DNA of 64,000 nucleotides from an uncultured Nitrososphaeraceae archaeon. GTDB taxonomy: Archaea; Thermoproteota; Nitrososphaeria; Nitrososphaerales; Nitrososphaeraceae. The position numbers and the translations under genes are program-made. Below, piece after piece: positions 47,714 through 58,233 of the stretch. How positions within the stretch are numbered: position 1 is the stretch's first letter; the number at the start of each line of letters is the position of its first letter. The stretch covers positions 32,001-96,000 of the forward strand of contig CAWIMJ010000008.1 of the NCBI GenBank assembly GCA_963837175.1, in the 5' to 3' direction. A model generated the notes under the pieces. The model saw nothing but the letters and a program-made list of their open reading frames with translations, was not told the DNA's origin and made no database searches.

Positions 47714-48673
47714 AGAACCTATCTCAAAAATAAATGCACCAATAAAAGTAATTGCAGATAAGAATAAGCTTGATGCTTAGTACATGTGATTTGTGATTAC
47801 TACAGGAAGAAAGAAAATCTTAGAACAATAAGACATATTTCAGATGAACTATGGAATGAGATAAAGAACATACATATACTCCCTTCTGAAAAACTACCTA
47901 AAACCAAAGGACGTCCAATTGTTCCTTTTCTTTTAGAAAAGTACTAGATGATGGTATATTCTCTAAGTTTTAAGAACGGGATGTCAGTGGAAAATGCTTC
48001 CTAAGAAGGAGTATGGTTCTGGCTCTACTACGTATCATCATAGACGATTTCTTAAGGAATGGAGAGTGTCTAAAGTATTTCAGAAATTGTGGGTTATGCT
48101 GTTGGAAGTATATGATGATCTTAGAGGTATTAGCTGGATTTGGCAGTCACTTGACAGTGTGTCTATAAAGGCACCTTTAGGGGGATATGACTGGTCCAAA
48201 TCCAACTGATAGATAGAGGAAAAAGAGGAACAAAGCGTCATGTGTTGACAGACAAGAAAGGTATTATTCCATTATCTCTGTTGTTATCACTGCTGCAAAT
48301 ACACATGAAATGAAGGCTGCAATAAAGACAATAGATGGTATTTTGGCAAAAAGAAAAAGAAGGATTATCTTCTTCACAGAAACAGAATCTGTGCCTTGAC
48401 AAAGGATATGATTTTCAGGGGGATAGAACATGAGTCTATCAAAAGATACTATATATCACACATACGTCAGAGAGGAGAAGATAATAGCTTGATTATGAAT
48501 AATGATGGATTTCATGTGTGTAGAAGATGGGTTGTTGAAAGAACAAACTCATGGCATAACAGATTCAGGAAACTACTTGTAAGATATGAAAAGATAGCAG
48601 AGAATTACCTTGGATTGGTACAATTAGCTTGTTGCATTATAGTATCTAGGAAGATAATTTTGGGATAGGCTCT
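47714..48673 (+). mobile_element. IS5-family element copy 2, degraded, inverted relative to copy 1
   Basis: TIRs AGAACCTATCTCAAAA / TTTTGGGATAGGCTCT with TA on both sides; RRWVVERTNSWHNRFRKLLVRYEK. Confidence 0.9.
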
Positions 48674-48710
48674 TAGTTTAATTTATTTGAATTCTAAGAT
48701 GTTAGCTGTA

Positions 48711-48926
48711 TTATTCTTCTATTGTTCTCCCTGTTCGCCTTAGTTCAGACTCATTTAGTAAAAATGCAAATATTTGGCCATTACATTCTGTAATGGACTT
48801 TAATGTATAGCCATTTGCTAAAAGTGCCTCAATTTCGTTTAGCATTTTCATAAGACTTGCTCCTTCATGTATAGTAGGGTCGGCACTCTTAACAATCATT
48901 AACGGGCTCTCATGCCAGTTTGTCAT
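48711..48926 (-). CDS. Small hypothetical protein
   Basis: ATG start preceded by GGAG; natural composition. Confidence 0.55.
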   Translation of the reverse strand: MTNWHESPLMIVKSADPTIHEGASLMKMLNEIEALLANGYTLKSITECNGQIFAFLLNESELRRTGRTIEE

Positions 48927-49271
48927 TTTTTATCTACTCCTTTCTCCTTTATGTGGAGTTGGATTCTAGATAATATATTTGTCATTTTTTTACAGAATCC
49001 ATTGCAATTATAAATACTGATGACTATCCAGGTCCTGAATGTCAATGACAAATGAAATTAAAGAGGTTAGCTCGATCTTTTAATGTTATACAAAACTTTA
49101 AAATAATAACTTGCATACTAATACTTTATCAAATCCAAGAAAAAGAATAAGTTCACTAAAATAAAGAAACAAAAACCTTCCAATGAGATCACAGAAGACG
49201 ATATAAATTTTTTCTTAACGACAATAAAGAAAGTACAAAGTGAATATCCAAGGGTTAAAGATCTGCAAAAA

Positions 49272-49463
49272 TTGCTTCGTCCCTCTTTAGATCTTGTTAA
49301 GATAAATGCGATACTAAGGTATTTAGAAAGAACAAAAAGCCTAGAAGTAGATCTTGATGGGAATATCATATGGATTCGTGAAGAAAGCTCCAATCAATCT
49401 ACTCTTGCCGATGTAGCCAATATTTCTAAAGACTTTCAAAAGTATTTTTCTACAAAAGCATAG
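49272..49463 (+). CDS. Hypothetical wHTH-like protein (frame open from 49122, start uncertain)
   Basis: KINAILRYLERTKSLEVDLDGNIIWI. Confidence 0.5.
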   Translation: MLRPSLDLVKINAILRYLERTKSLEVDLDGNIIWIREESSNQSTLADVANISKDFQKYFSTKA

Positions 49464-50217
49464 GAAAATAAGTAGCTAGAATTTCAATGGTTAGATCCAA
49501 TTAGAGTCAGACTACCGAGAAGCAATAGGTTTTGTTAATATACCAAAGTCTCGTATTGCCTTCTATAGAAGTAAGAGAAATAGGATAATTGTTGGTTATA
49601 GAGATGTGCTCACGAACAAATACGCTTCTACCTGAGTAGATAGATACGATAACAAAAAAAATCGGATTTTTGTTTGGCATGAATCTAATTCCTAAATCTC
49701 GGAAAGACTATTCTAATTCGACTCCCGTCCTATAAATTTGTGCTGAAAACCAACAATACGGTGATTCTTGGAACATTATGCAAACTCTTTTTGCATCAGA
49801 ATAAAGTTTTGTTGTGGCCGAAATCTGAAATAGTATTATATTATTTCTATTTACTAGACAAATCTACCTGAACTCGTAATATCTGATATTTTTATGTTCT
49901 CTTTATTCGAGTTTTGTAATTTTGTCAATCTTTGTTCTTTATTGAACATTGGAATATTGCTTAATATGTTTCAATAATCTTGTTTTTATTGGGTGGAATT
50001 TCTCTATATCTTTAATACTTATCCAACATTGCAACCTCTGAATAACTTAACATTTACGCTTTTTCTTTGACCCTTGACTCCAGATAACTTCTCATAGTTT
50101 GGATGGCTTATTTATTTGGGCTAAATACTACTCGTCATATAACCTATACAAACGTGTTTAATAAGTAATCTTTTGTTATTTTTAAAATTTATATATTATA
50201 AACGTGATTTTATAGAA

Positions 50218-50475
50218 CTACTTTTCAGCTGATTCCTTATTTTGCTTTATCCTGTCACGTCTAACCATTTCCTTGTCAATCTCTTCATGCTTTATTTTCT
50301 CCCCTCTGCGTCCCGGTGTTTTCATCGCCTGCTGATTTATGTTCCTTCTTTCATCAGCTAACTCATCATACCCACGATAGCTATTAGTGTTCTGTTGCTT
50401 TTTCTTTTCCAACTCTTGTGCGTACCTTTTCCTAAAGTCGCGCTCTTCCTCGGTGTCCTCAGACATAGTGTTCAC
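50218..50475 (-). CDS. Small highly charged hypothetical protein
   Basis: Charged helical ORF, likely start MSEDTEEE. Confidence 0.6.
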   Translation of the reverse strand: MNTMSEDTEEERDFRKRYAQELEKKKQQNTNSYRGYDELADERRNINQQAMKTPGRRGEKIKHEEIDKEMVRRDRIKQNKESAEK

Positions 50476-50693
50476 TTGATGTGATAGTATTAGAGTTAAA
50501 AAATTTCATATTAACCTTTGTTTTTTTCTATCCTTCACCAGACTATTTTCTAACAACAATAAAATAGGAGCGAGATACTTGTGCCTGAATTGGATATTAA
50601 CTCAAATTATGTTCTTTACTGACTAACAAAAGTTAGTTATATTGTTTATCTTTTTATGTACTAAATATTTAGATTGGTAATATTTATTATTTT

Positions 50694-50812
50694 TATACTG
50701 CCTAACATAATTTCGTATATCTTTTAAAACTAAGTTAAAGGATTTTTTAAACATAGTAAATCTTACATATTAAGAAAAATCTGTAAACGAACTTTTGTTA
50801 GTTAGTATAGTA
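50694..50812 (+). mobile_element. Solo IS630 5' end (119 bp), exact inverted copy of 45619-45737
   Basis: Base-by-base match to the reverse complement of 45619-45737. Confidence 0.9.
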
Positions 50813-51004
50813 ATTGTGTGATTGATGTACTATATGTCTACTTAATTTCTTTTAAATTAGCCCATGATTTAATTCCTAATTTCCTTTCTTCTCATTCTCA
50901 GACATTGTTTTATACTACAAGTTGCATTACCAAATATGGCGCATCTTAATATCTTGATAGATGATAGATAATCTATTGACTTGTTTGTATGAATAAAGTC
51001 AATA

Positions 51005-51124
51005 CTATTTTCTATTGTGTTCCAATTGATATTCTACTCCGCATTGCTCTGAACAAAACTCATTGGAATTGCTTTCATCCTTAATATCATCACCACAGTT
51101 TTTACAGATCCCTTTTTTATTCAT
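51005..51124 (-). CDS. TRASH/DUF2116-like metal-binding microprotein (39 aa)
   Basis: MNKKGICKNCGDDIKDESNSNEFCSEQCGVEYQLEHNRK* (CxxC...FCSxxC). Confidence 0.7.
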   Translation of the reverse strand: MNKKGICKNCGDDIKDESNSNEFCSEQCGVEYQLEHNRK

Positions 51125-51792
51125 AATAGTTAAGACAGTAGATTTTATTATTACATCTTTCTATCATAAGCCTTATTCTACTACAATATAACATATAGGC
51201 AGGGAAAAAATAAGAAGGGGGAAATACTAACAAAGTATCAGTAGGAAAAAATGGAGTCAACACTATCAGAAGCAATGTGACACTTTACAAAAGTGATGTT
51301 TGATTCTCTGACCAAAAAAGAGATGTGTTATACCAATATTGTACAAGCTACAAAGGAGTATGTGATGAATCCTCAATCTTATTTATCGATCCTAAATCTC
51401 TATTATAGGGGATATTACGTTCAATATGTCCGATCCTCCAGAACTTACCATCCACCTTCTTCTTTATAGTAACGCTTTTAAAAGCACTGAAGTACCTTAG
51501 ATCCTGTAATTGTGCATTCGAACGGTGTAGAATGAGAGCAAATAAAAGTGACAGAAGTACAAAAATACAAAAATTATATCTCCAAAGGAAATGAAAGATC
51601 ATCTGAAGTGATAGAAAGAGTACACCCAATAGCGTCTGAAAAGTCTTGATTGCAATTTTTTGAAGAATAAATTCCCCCGGAAGAACTCTTGTGTTATATG
51701 TGTCTTTTGACTCATGCTGAAAGATGCATATGTGCATCATTTGATTAAGATATAGCAATATTATAAAATGATAATATTAGATAATGTAACAA

Positions 51793-52296
51793 ATGAAGTT
51801 ATATCGGAAATTAACATTAATTACTGCAATTCTCGGTCTTGTCATTCCATTATTAGGGGTTTTTGCTTATGTTTTTATAAATAGTCTGACTGGTATTCCA
51901 GTTTTAGCTCTTTTCTTAGGTACCGCAGTCCTTATTGCGATTGTGATAATTGCAATTAACGTAGCAGCTATTGTCGTTGTATTTTATATAGCGAATACAA
52001 GACTAGTAGGAATTATACTTATTTCTTGTGGAATTCTTCTGTTTCTAACAGTACAAATATGGGGTATTCCAGGACTAGCATTGTATGTAGTATCAGGTAT
52101 AATAGCATTAAGAGAAAAGCCAACTCCTCATTCTAGAAAGTATATAATCAAATGTCTTACATGTGATAAAGAACTAAAAGGTACTAACAATGCTGACTTT
52201 GCCAAAGATCATTTAATTGATAATCCTACTCATTTAGAATATAGAGTATTTGTAGAAATCCTTTTTACCCCAGATACAACTAGGAAATTTTCTTAA
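51793..52296 (+). CDS. Membrane protein with C-terminal C2H2-like zinc finger
   Basis: About four TM helices, then CLTC-x13-H-x6-H. Confidence 0.7.
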   Translation: MKLYRKLTLITAILGLVIPLLGVFAYVFINSLTGIPVLALFLGTAVLIAIVIIAINVAAIVVVFYIANTRLVGIILISCGILLFLTVQIWGIPGLALYVVSGIIALREKPTPHSRKYIIKCLTCDKELKGTNNADFAKDHLIDNPTHLEYRVFVEILFTPDTTRKFS

Positions 52297-52679
52297 ATTA
52301 TACCATTAGGGAAAGTAAAACACTATCTTTTCCTTTCCTATATATCTACTGCGTTCATCTCTCATGTTATTCACAAAATAGAAAGCATGTAAATCTTAAT
52401 AAATGAAATTGATGGTTTTGATATATAAAACCGACCACTTATTTTTGCATGATAATCTTTCAGTAATTTACCTCATATAGACAGAAGCTAAAATCAGCGT
52501 TGCTGGGATTCGACATAGTTGTAATATCATAATTTTGTGGATAAATCATTGCCAGATCTTAATTATTCACTCCTTTCAAAGGTATACTAGCATTAATTGT
52601 GCTGGCCACGTGTTCCACAACGTTTTACAGATTTTGAAACTTTTTTCAAAATATCATTACCATCTGCTCACAAGTATAT

Positions 52680-53280
52680 CTAATCGATTTTGTAATACTT
52701 GTGCTCATAAAGTCCATACCAGTAAAATGAATTGGATCTTGTAGGTTGCCAGTCCATCCAATATAACGATTCATTAAGTCAAAGATCATTGTATACCTAA
52801 ACATCTTTTGGTATTCGATCTGGATATCAAATCTACCTGACGGTGGTAGTAATAATCGTCATAGTTGTGCCTACTGTATCTAATGAAAGCAAATGTTATC
52901 ATTGCTAAAGTTATCTTTGACAAAAATTGAATCTGTAAAACCATAAACAGCTTCTAAACCAAATTTTTCAAGTGCAGTCTTTTTCATGAATCTATGGAAC
53001 TTTCTGGCTATGAATGTTATGAGTTCTGCGACACGATGATCACTAAACGCAATATATGAATTTTCAAATACTCCTTAAAATGAATTCGCAAAAACTTTGG
53101 CAGATACCTGCAAACTGTCTTATTTTGAGAGAAGTTGCTTATCCTCCTCTTCAAATCGTTGAATGTCATTATTATTGTGTTGCCTATCTACAGTAACAAC
53201 ATCATCAACTTTGTGTTTTTCTAATTCGGATTTGATAGATGATGATTTGTCCGTTACAAACATTATGGCATCATCAAAAC
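52680..53280 (-). pseudogene. Family B DNA polymerase remnant (fingers/palm)
   Basis: Minus frame reads LQVSAKVFANSF*GVF..FSDHRVAELITFIARK..VYGFTDSIFV, then IEYQKMF..NRYIGW..GMDF. Confidence 0.8.
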
Positions 53281-53310
53281 AGGTACATTTGTAAATAAAA
53301 ATAACTTCAT

Positions 53311-53419
53311 CAGGCCAAGGAGATTGCGGCAGGAATCATTTTTCTTGAGTCCGGATGCATCCTTCATCACAGGCACGGTGATAGACGTAGATGGTAACCA
53401 GAACGCCTCATCGCGTTAG
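53311..53419 (+). pseudogene. Short-chain dehydrogenase C-terminal remnant
   Basis: AKEIAAGIIFL/SPDASFITGTVIDVDG. Confidence 0.65.
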
Positions 53420-53662
53420 CCGGAGTGTAATCGACGTCTAATGCCGTCATAACATCATCATCATCTTTATTATCACTATATTTACTGCCTGTCAGGAAGT
53501 CTTGTTTCCCATCATCATCATCATATCCATGGTGCTTTGGGAAATCATTACTACTATAGCACTTTAATCAACTGCTTTTTCTCCGCATGTTTGATTAGCA
53601 GCTTTTGCTGCTGCTGCATCTAAACCTGGTATAGTAGTAGTTGGTGGTGGTAGTAGTAGGGG

Positions 53663-54172
53663 TTATGATACTGTAGAAACCACAGAGACTGTGTTTGAAC
53701 CAGCATTGGCCACATATACCAAGCCATTAGTTGGGTTAATAGCAACTCCGGATGGACCTTCACCAACAGGTATAGTAGCAATTACTGTGTTAGTTGCAGG
53801 ATCTATTACAGAGACAGTGATGTAATTAGCATTGGCCACATATACCAAGCCACTAGTTGGGTTAATAGCAACTCCAAATGGACTATTACCAACAGGTATA
53901 GTAGCAACTACTGTGTTAGTTTTAGGATCTATTACAGAGACAGTGTTTGAATCAGAATCAGAATTGGCCACATATACCAAGCCACTAGTTGGGTTAATAG
54001 CAACTCCAAATGGACTTTTACCAACAGGTATAGTAGCAATTACAGAATATCCCTGTGCATTAGCTGTACCTATTTCTAAAGGAAATACTATAGTAGATAT
54101 CAGCAATGTCATAGTTAAAAGTGAAAACAATATAAGAGAAATGGTCGTTTTCATTGGGGTTTCATTACTCAT
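53663..54172 (-). CDS. Secreted YVTN/YncE beta-propeller repeat protein (three blades, probably truncated)
   Basis: Three IATIPVG..P.GVAINP..GLVYVAN..SNTVSVID repeats; DNA repeats at 126 and 132 bp spacing. Confidence 0.85.
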   Translation of the reverse strand: MSNETPMKTTISLILFSLLTMTLLISTIVFPLEIGTANAQGYSVIATIPVGKSPFGVAINPTSGLVYVANSDSDSNTVSVIDPKTNTVVATIPVGNSPFGVAINPTSGLVYVANANYITVSVIDPATNTVIATIPVGEGPSGVAINPTNGLVYVANAGSNTVSVVSTVS

Positions 54173-54504
54173 TATAAATCATCTTGTTATAGGCAGCAAC
54201 AACTGCTAAATTCTAGCATTTATGACAAGGAAATGATATATATATTATTTATAGTTTTATAATGTATTTTCTGCTGTTTGTTCAATTGCTCTGCGATGTT
54301 TTTTTGTACTTGTAAATATAATAGAATAATCGCACAGGGTGGCGTATATACATATACAGTATATGGATACCATTTCTTTGTCTTTACTAGATACTCCAAT
54401 TTCTGACGTTTACCACCACCACCATCAGCATAGTACCAGTCCCAAACAATCGAATAATTCTACTTCTTAGCCGTTTCATTACATTACATAAAGAATCAGC
54501 CTTT

Positions 54505-54705
54505 GTGAGTTTTCTTTTTCTAAAATCAAAGCTTAAGGCATATCTGAATATCGAAATAGATCAAGTAGATGATCCTTTAAAGAAATCAAGAGATGTTAAG
54601 GATATAGGTCATTATTCAAGTGGTAAAACAGAAGTAATTATTAAAGGAAAAAGTGAAATCCCATATGCATTATCTCTTATAAAACAAGCATATGAAAGAA
54701 GTTAA
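54505..54705 (+). pseudogene. DUF5655-like C-terminal fragment
   Basis: DDP...RDV..IGHY.SG..EV...LIKQAYE. Confidence 0.6.
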
Positions 54706-55147
54706 AACTCCTATTATTAGATGTTCACAAAACGTCATAGAATGGTTTTCCATAAGTTGATAGTTTTATTCTATTTAGCCAAGTTTTGAACCTTGGCCAT
54801 TGTTAAAATATACGTTGACACGTCAACAAACTTTGGATAAATAGTTTCGAGACATAATTATTCTGTTGTATTCTGGGTGGTAAAATAGAGTCGAATTTGT
54901 CCCGCATTCCACCGAACCCGCTACGATATCAGTTCTTTTTGTTGCATTTTTCAGAAAATTCCTTGACAGGAAGGAGTAGTGATATAACAGTGGAGTAAAG
55001 AGATAAAAGAGATACAGCGCCGCAGTATCGCTGTCATCTGTGATTTACACGATTATAATATAGGTTCATGTATTAGCCTTACCGCTACACCCGTCCCACC
55101 TTTGATATATCTACAATAGTCGCCAAGAGAGTTACCCAAAATTGCGA

Positions 55148-55414
55148 CTATGTGTGGTCCCGACTAGATCTGTCCTGCAATCCCTTTTCCGTTACATTCC
55201 ATAATCTATATTCTGCATGGCTTGGTCTGGGGAATGCTTCTTTAACTAAATTCAGCCATTCTAATTCATCTAGGTGATTCCTTACCTCTACATCTGGAAG
55301 TCCGCTATGTGAAATTATCTCAGTCTCAAGAACATCCTTCTTAACGTCATTCTGCGATAAGTCTGCAACGATATCGAGAATTCTCCTTAGTTCAGACTTA
55401 ATCATTGTTATCAC
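55148..55414 (-). CDS. Winged-helix protein
   Basis: ETEII.HSGL..EVRNHLDELE.L.LV...WNVTEKG. Confidence 0.65.
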   Translation of the reverse strand: MITMIKSELRRILDIVADLSQNDVKKDVLETEIISHSGLPDVEVRNHLDELEWLNLVKEAFPRPSHAEYRLWNVTEKGLQDRSSRDHT

Positions 55415-55742
55415 CTCATGGGGTTATTAAGAATTTAAAGGTATGATCTTTATTGTTGAATTTCTCGTCTTACACTTCTCTGGTAGGAAGTATTATCACT
55501 TAACTCGACACGCATCACCTGATTTACGTCCTTTACGCCCAGATGAGAGAAACAGCACTGCTATGCGACATATTAAAGTTTTTAAACAAGGCTCTAAGTT
55601 GCAGAAAACTTTTTACCTAGCTTGACTCCTGCTAATTCTGAAACTTTTTCAAAGAACCAATATCGGTATGCACTCCCTTGGGCCCAAATCAATCTTGTCG
55701 CTTTATTTAGGCCCACTCTGTAATACTATATGATAAAATAAG

Positions 55743-56378
55743 TTGTCTGTAATCGAAGAAGAACAACAAGATCCTATGACTGTATTTCTGTACGCTCTAA
55801 AAGCTCCTGAAACAAAAAGACAGTGGCCACGGAGATTAAAGGTGTTCCTTGATTTCTTAAAACTTGACGGCATCACGATAAAAGAAAAGGCTAAACAATT
55901 TATGATAAAAGCACAGCTGAATCCACGATGGGCTCAGGACAACTTGATGAAGTTCATAGCTTTTCAAATAGAAAGGGCAAGACGAAATGAAATATCAGAA
56001 ACTACTATTTCAAATTATTATAAAGCGGCTAAGTTATTTTGTGAAATGAATGATCTATCACTAGGTTGGAAGAGAATAAGACGTGGCATAACACGAGGAA
56101 GAAGAGCAGCTAATGATAGAGCTCCAACAATGGAAGAAATACAGAAGCTAGTGGAATATCCAGACAGGCGGATTAAAGCAATTATCTACACTATGGCTTC
56201 ATCAGGAATTAGAATTCGTGTTTGGGATTACCTACAGTGGAAACATGTAACTCCTATTACCAATAGTGTTGGAGAAGAAATCATTGCTGCTAAATTATTG
56301 ATTTATCCAGGAGATCACGAAGAATATTATACTTTTATCACTCCAGAGGCTTACATCAAAAGGCAATCCAACCTATAA
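55743..56378 (+). pseudogene. Tyrosine recombinase/integrase, truncated before the HxxR and Tyr catalytic residues
   Basis: LKAPETKRQW..RL..F, ISETTISNYYK, DRAPT.EEI.KL, SSGIRI (catalytic Arg), YYTFITPEA, then an abrupt end. Confidence 0.85.
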
Positions 56379-56444
56379 TATTGAAGATCGATGTGGTGAT
56401 TTTATTAATAAATATTATTAGATCCAAAACCTGTGAAGATATGT

Positions 56445-56790
56445 ATAATATCGCCGGTATCCCCGAATCCCCGGAATACTATAAATTGAGTTCATTTTAG
56501 GTTCAATTCTACCGGTGATATCACCGGGGATATTATATTCCAATAAGTCATATATCACCGGCTAAGAATGGATAAATTCACGCCCAAATTTATCAATCCG
56601 GTGATACCGGTTATACCGGAGATATTATCCATACTTCTTTTACTTCTACATCTGTTATCTCATTATACAAGCGACAACAATAAAAGGAAATTTCCAGAGG
56701 CGTTTACCATTAAGGACATTCAGTATCTGCAACTGCAAAATGTCCTCTGAAGAGAGACAATGGTTCATGCTTCAATCCTCATGTAGAACT
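56445..56790 (+). pseudogene. Tail of a mobile-element replication (primase/helicase-type) gene with ACCGG repeats
   Basis: Reads ISPVSP, TGDITGD, SGDTGYTGD and a terminal Cys cluster; palindrome CCGGTGATATCACCGG at 56512-56527. Confidence 0.5.
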
Positions 56791-57109
56791 TATCTTTTAT
56801 TAAAATACAATAATATGGAAAAGACCTCATAAGATTACATCATCGGTGGTAATTCAATTTGTACGTAAAAACCAGGAAGATAAAAAGGATATTATATATT
56901 ATATCGAGATATAATTTAAAAGAAATTCATTGCAATATTTAGTATACCTATAACAGCATTATAACAAATACTTTGAATTCAAATACCGTGCAGTAGTAAC
57001 AGTTGAAAACAGATGATAACAGAGGTAACAAAGTGATATCAATGATAACAAAATTGGTATCAAATGATAACAATAACAATAGCTTTAAGCTTCCATCATA
57101 TTATATTCC

Positions 57110-58233
57110 TTGAAAAGAAAAGATATGACGATATTAACAAGACAGGAAAAAGAAAGACTTGTACTAGATCTTTACAACCAAGATAAGACTTATCGTGAAA
57201 TATCTAAGGAGGCAAGACTATCTCCACGTGATATAGGAGTTATTTTGAATAGGGTAATTGAAGAGAAGACAGAAGGATTAAAAGAAGAACGACAACAACA
57301 AGATAATAACGATGCTGAGAATAACTAAGAAGATTAACAACACCTATCACTTTCCACTCAAGCATACAAACTCTTTTCTGAAGGTAAGACCCCATTAGAA
57401 GTAGCTATTGCATTAAACCTAAGTGAGTCAGAAGCAACTAAATTCTGTAGAGAGTATTGGAAGCTAACCAGCTACACAGTCTGAATATAGTTTATGAAGA
57501 GACTAAAGGTGATATCGACCCATTTCTAATGTTATACAAATTAGCTAAGAGAAAAGGTATGGGTATCCAGCAAGTTGTTAATGTTCTTGCAATTGCTAAC
57601 AATGATTTACCAGCAATTGAAGAGCAACTTAAAAGGCTAAGAAATGATATAAGCGCACTGGAATTTCAAAAAGGTATAGATGAGAGAAATTTACACCACT
57701 TGAATAATCAAATAGCATCAACAACTAAGCTCTTGAATTCTTTTCGTATGTCTTGTAAAAGAGAAATAAGAGAAATGGAACATCTACAGAATGAAAAGGC
57801 AAGACTCGAGGCTACTGTAACTCAATTTAAGAATAATAATGAAGAATACCTTGATAAAATAAAACTGGCAGCTTATGAAGAAGTGGGAAGTGTATTAAAT
57901 GACAGTAAATTACTATTGAAAGTTGCTACTCTCTCAATAATTGAATCATTAAGAAGGAACTCTGAATTATATAATTTTGTGTTGTATGATACTTCAGTTC
58001 AAACTGCTTCTGCTGCTTATGGATCTAACTATCTTTCATTAATGTCAGGACGAGAGCAGTATCAACAAGCATTTAATGATACCTATACTGCTTTGATATT
58101 AGAAGAGGCTGAAAAGCTTTACAATGACTTGACAACAAAATTGACAAATGACGTTATGGCAGCAGCTGCAGCGATGAGGGCATCATCGTTACGATCACTA
58201 CCAGCTAATAACACAACCGGAAACTACCTATAA
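57110..58233 (+). pseudogene. HTH plus coiled-coil protein of integrative elements, disrupted
   Basis: EKERLVLDLY..KTYREI.KEAR.SPRDI HTH, stops from 57326, second HTH (AYKLFSEGKTPLEVAIAL), frameshift into coiled-coil ORF 57457. Confidence 0.75.

Noticed and set aside
46226-48673. Active composite transposon
   Set aside because: Both transposases are inactivated and no matching outer target duplication is evident
51348-51758. 136-aa minus-strand ORF
   Set aside because: No recognisable motif and atypical composition; cannot be supported
53686-54045. Regularly spaced repeats as a CRISPR array
   Set aside because: Units are 126-132 bp, in frame and encode YVTN blades; there are no unique spacers and no cas genes
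55672-55690. CACTCCCTTGGGCCCA upstream of the integrase as a tRNA-derived att site
   Set aside because: Only a faint likeness to a tRNA 3' end; no T-arm or cloverleaf and no second copy in the window
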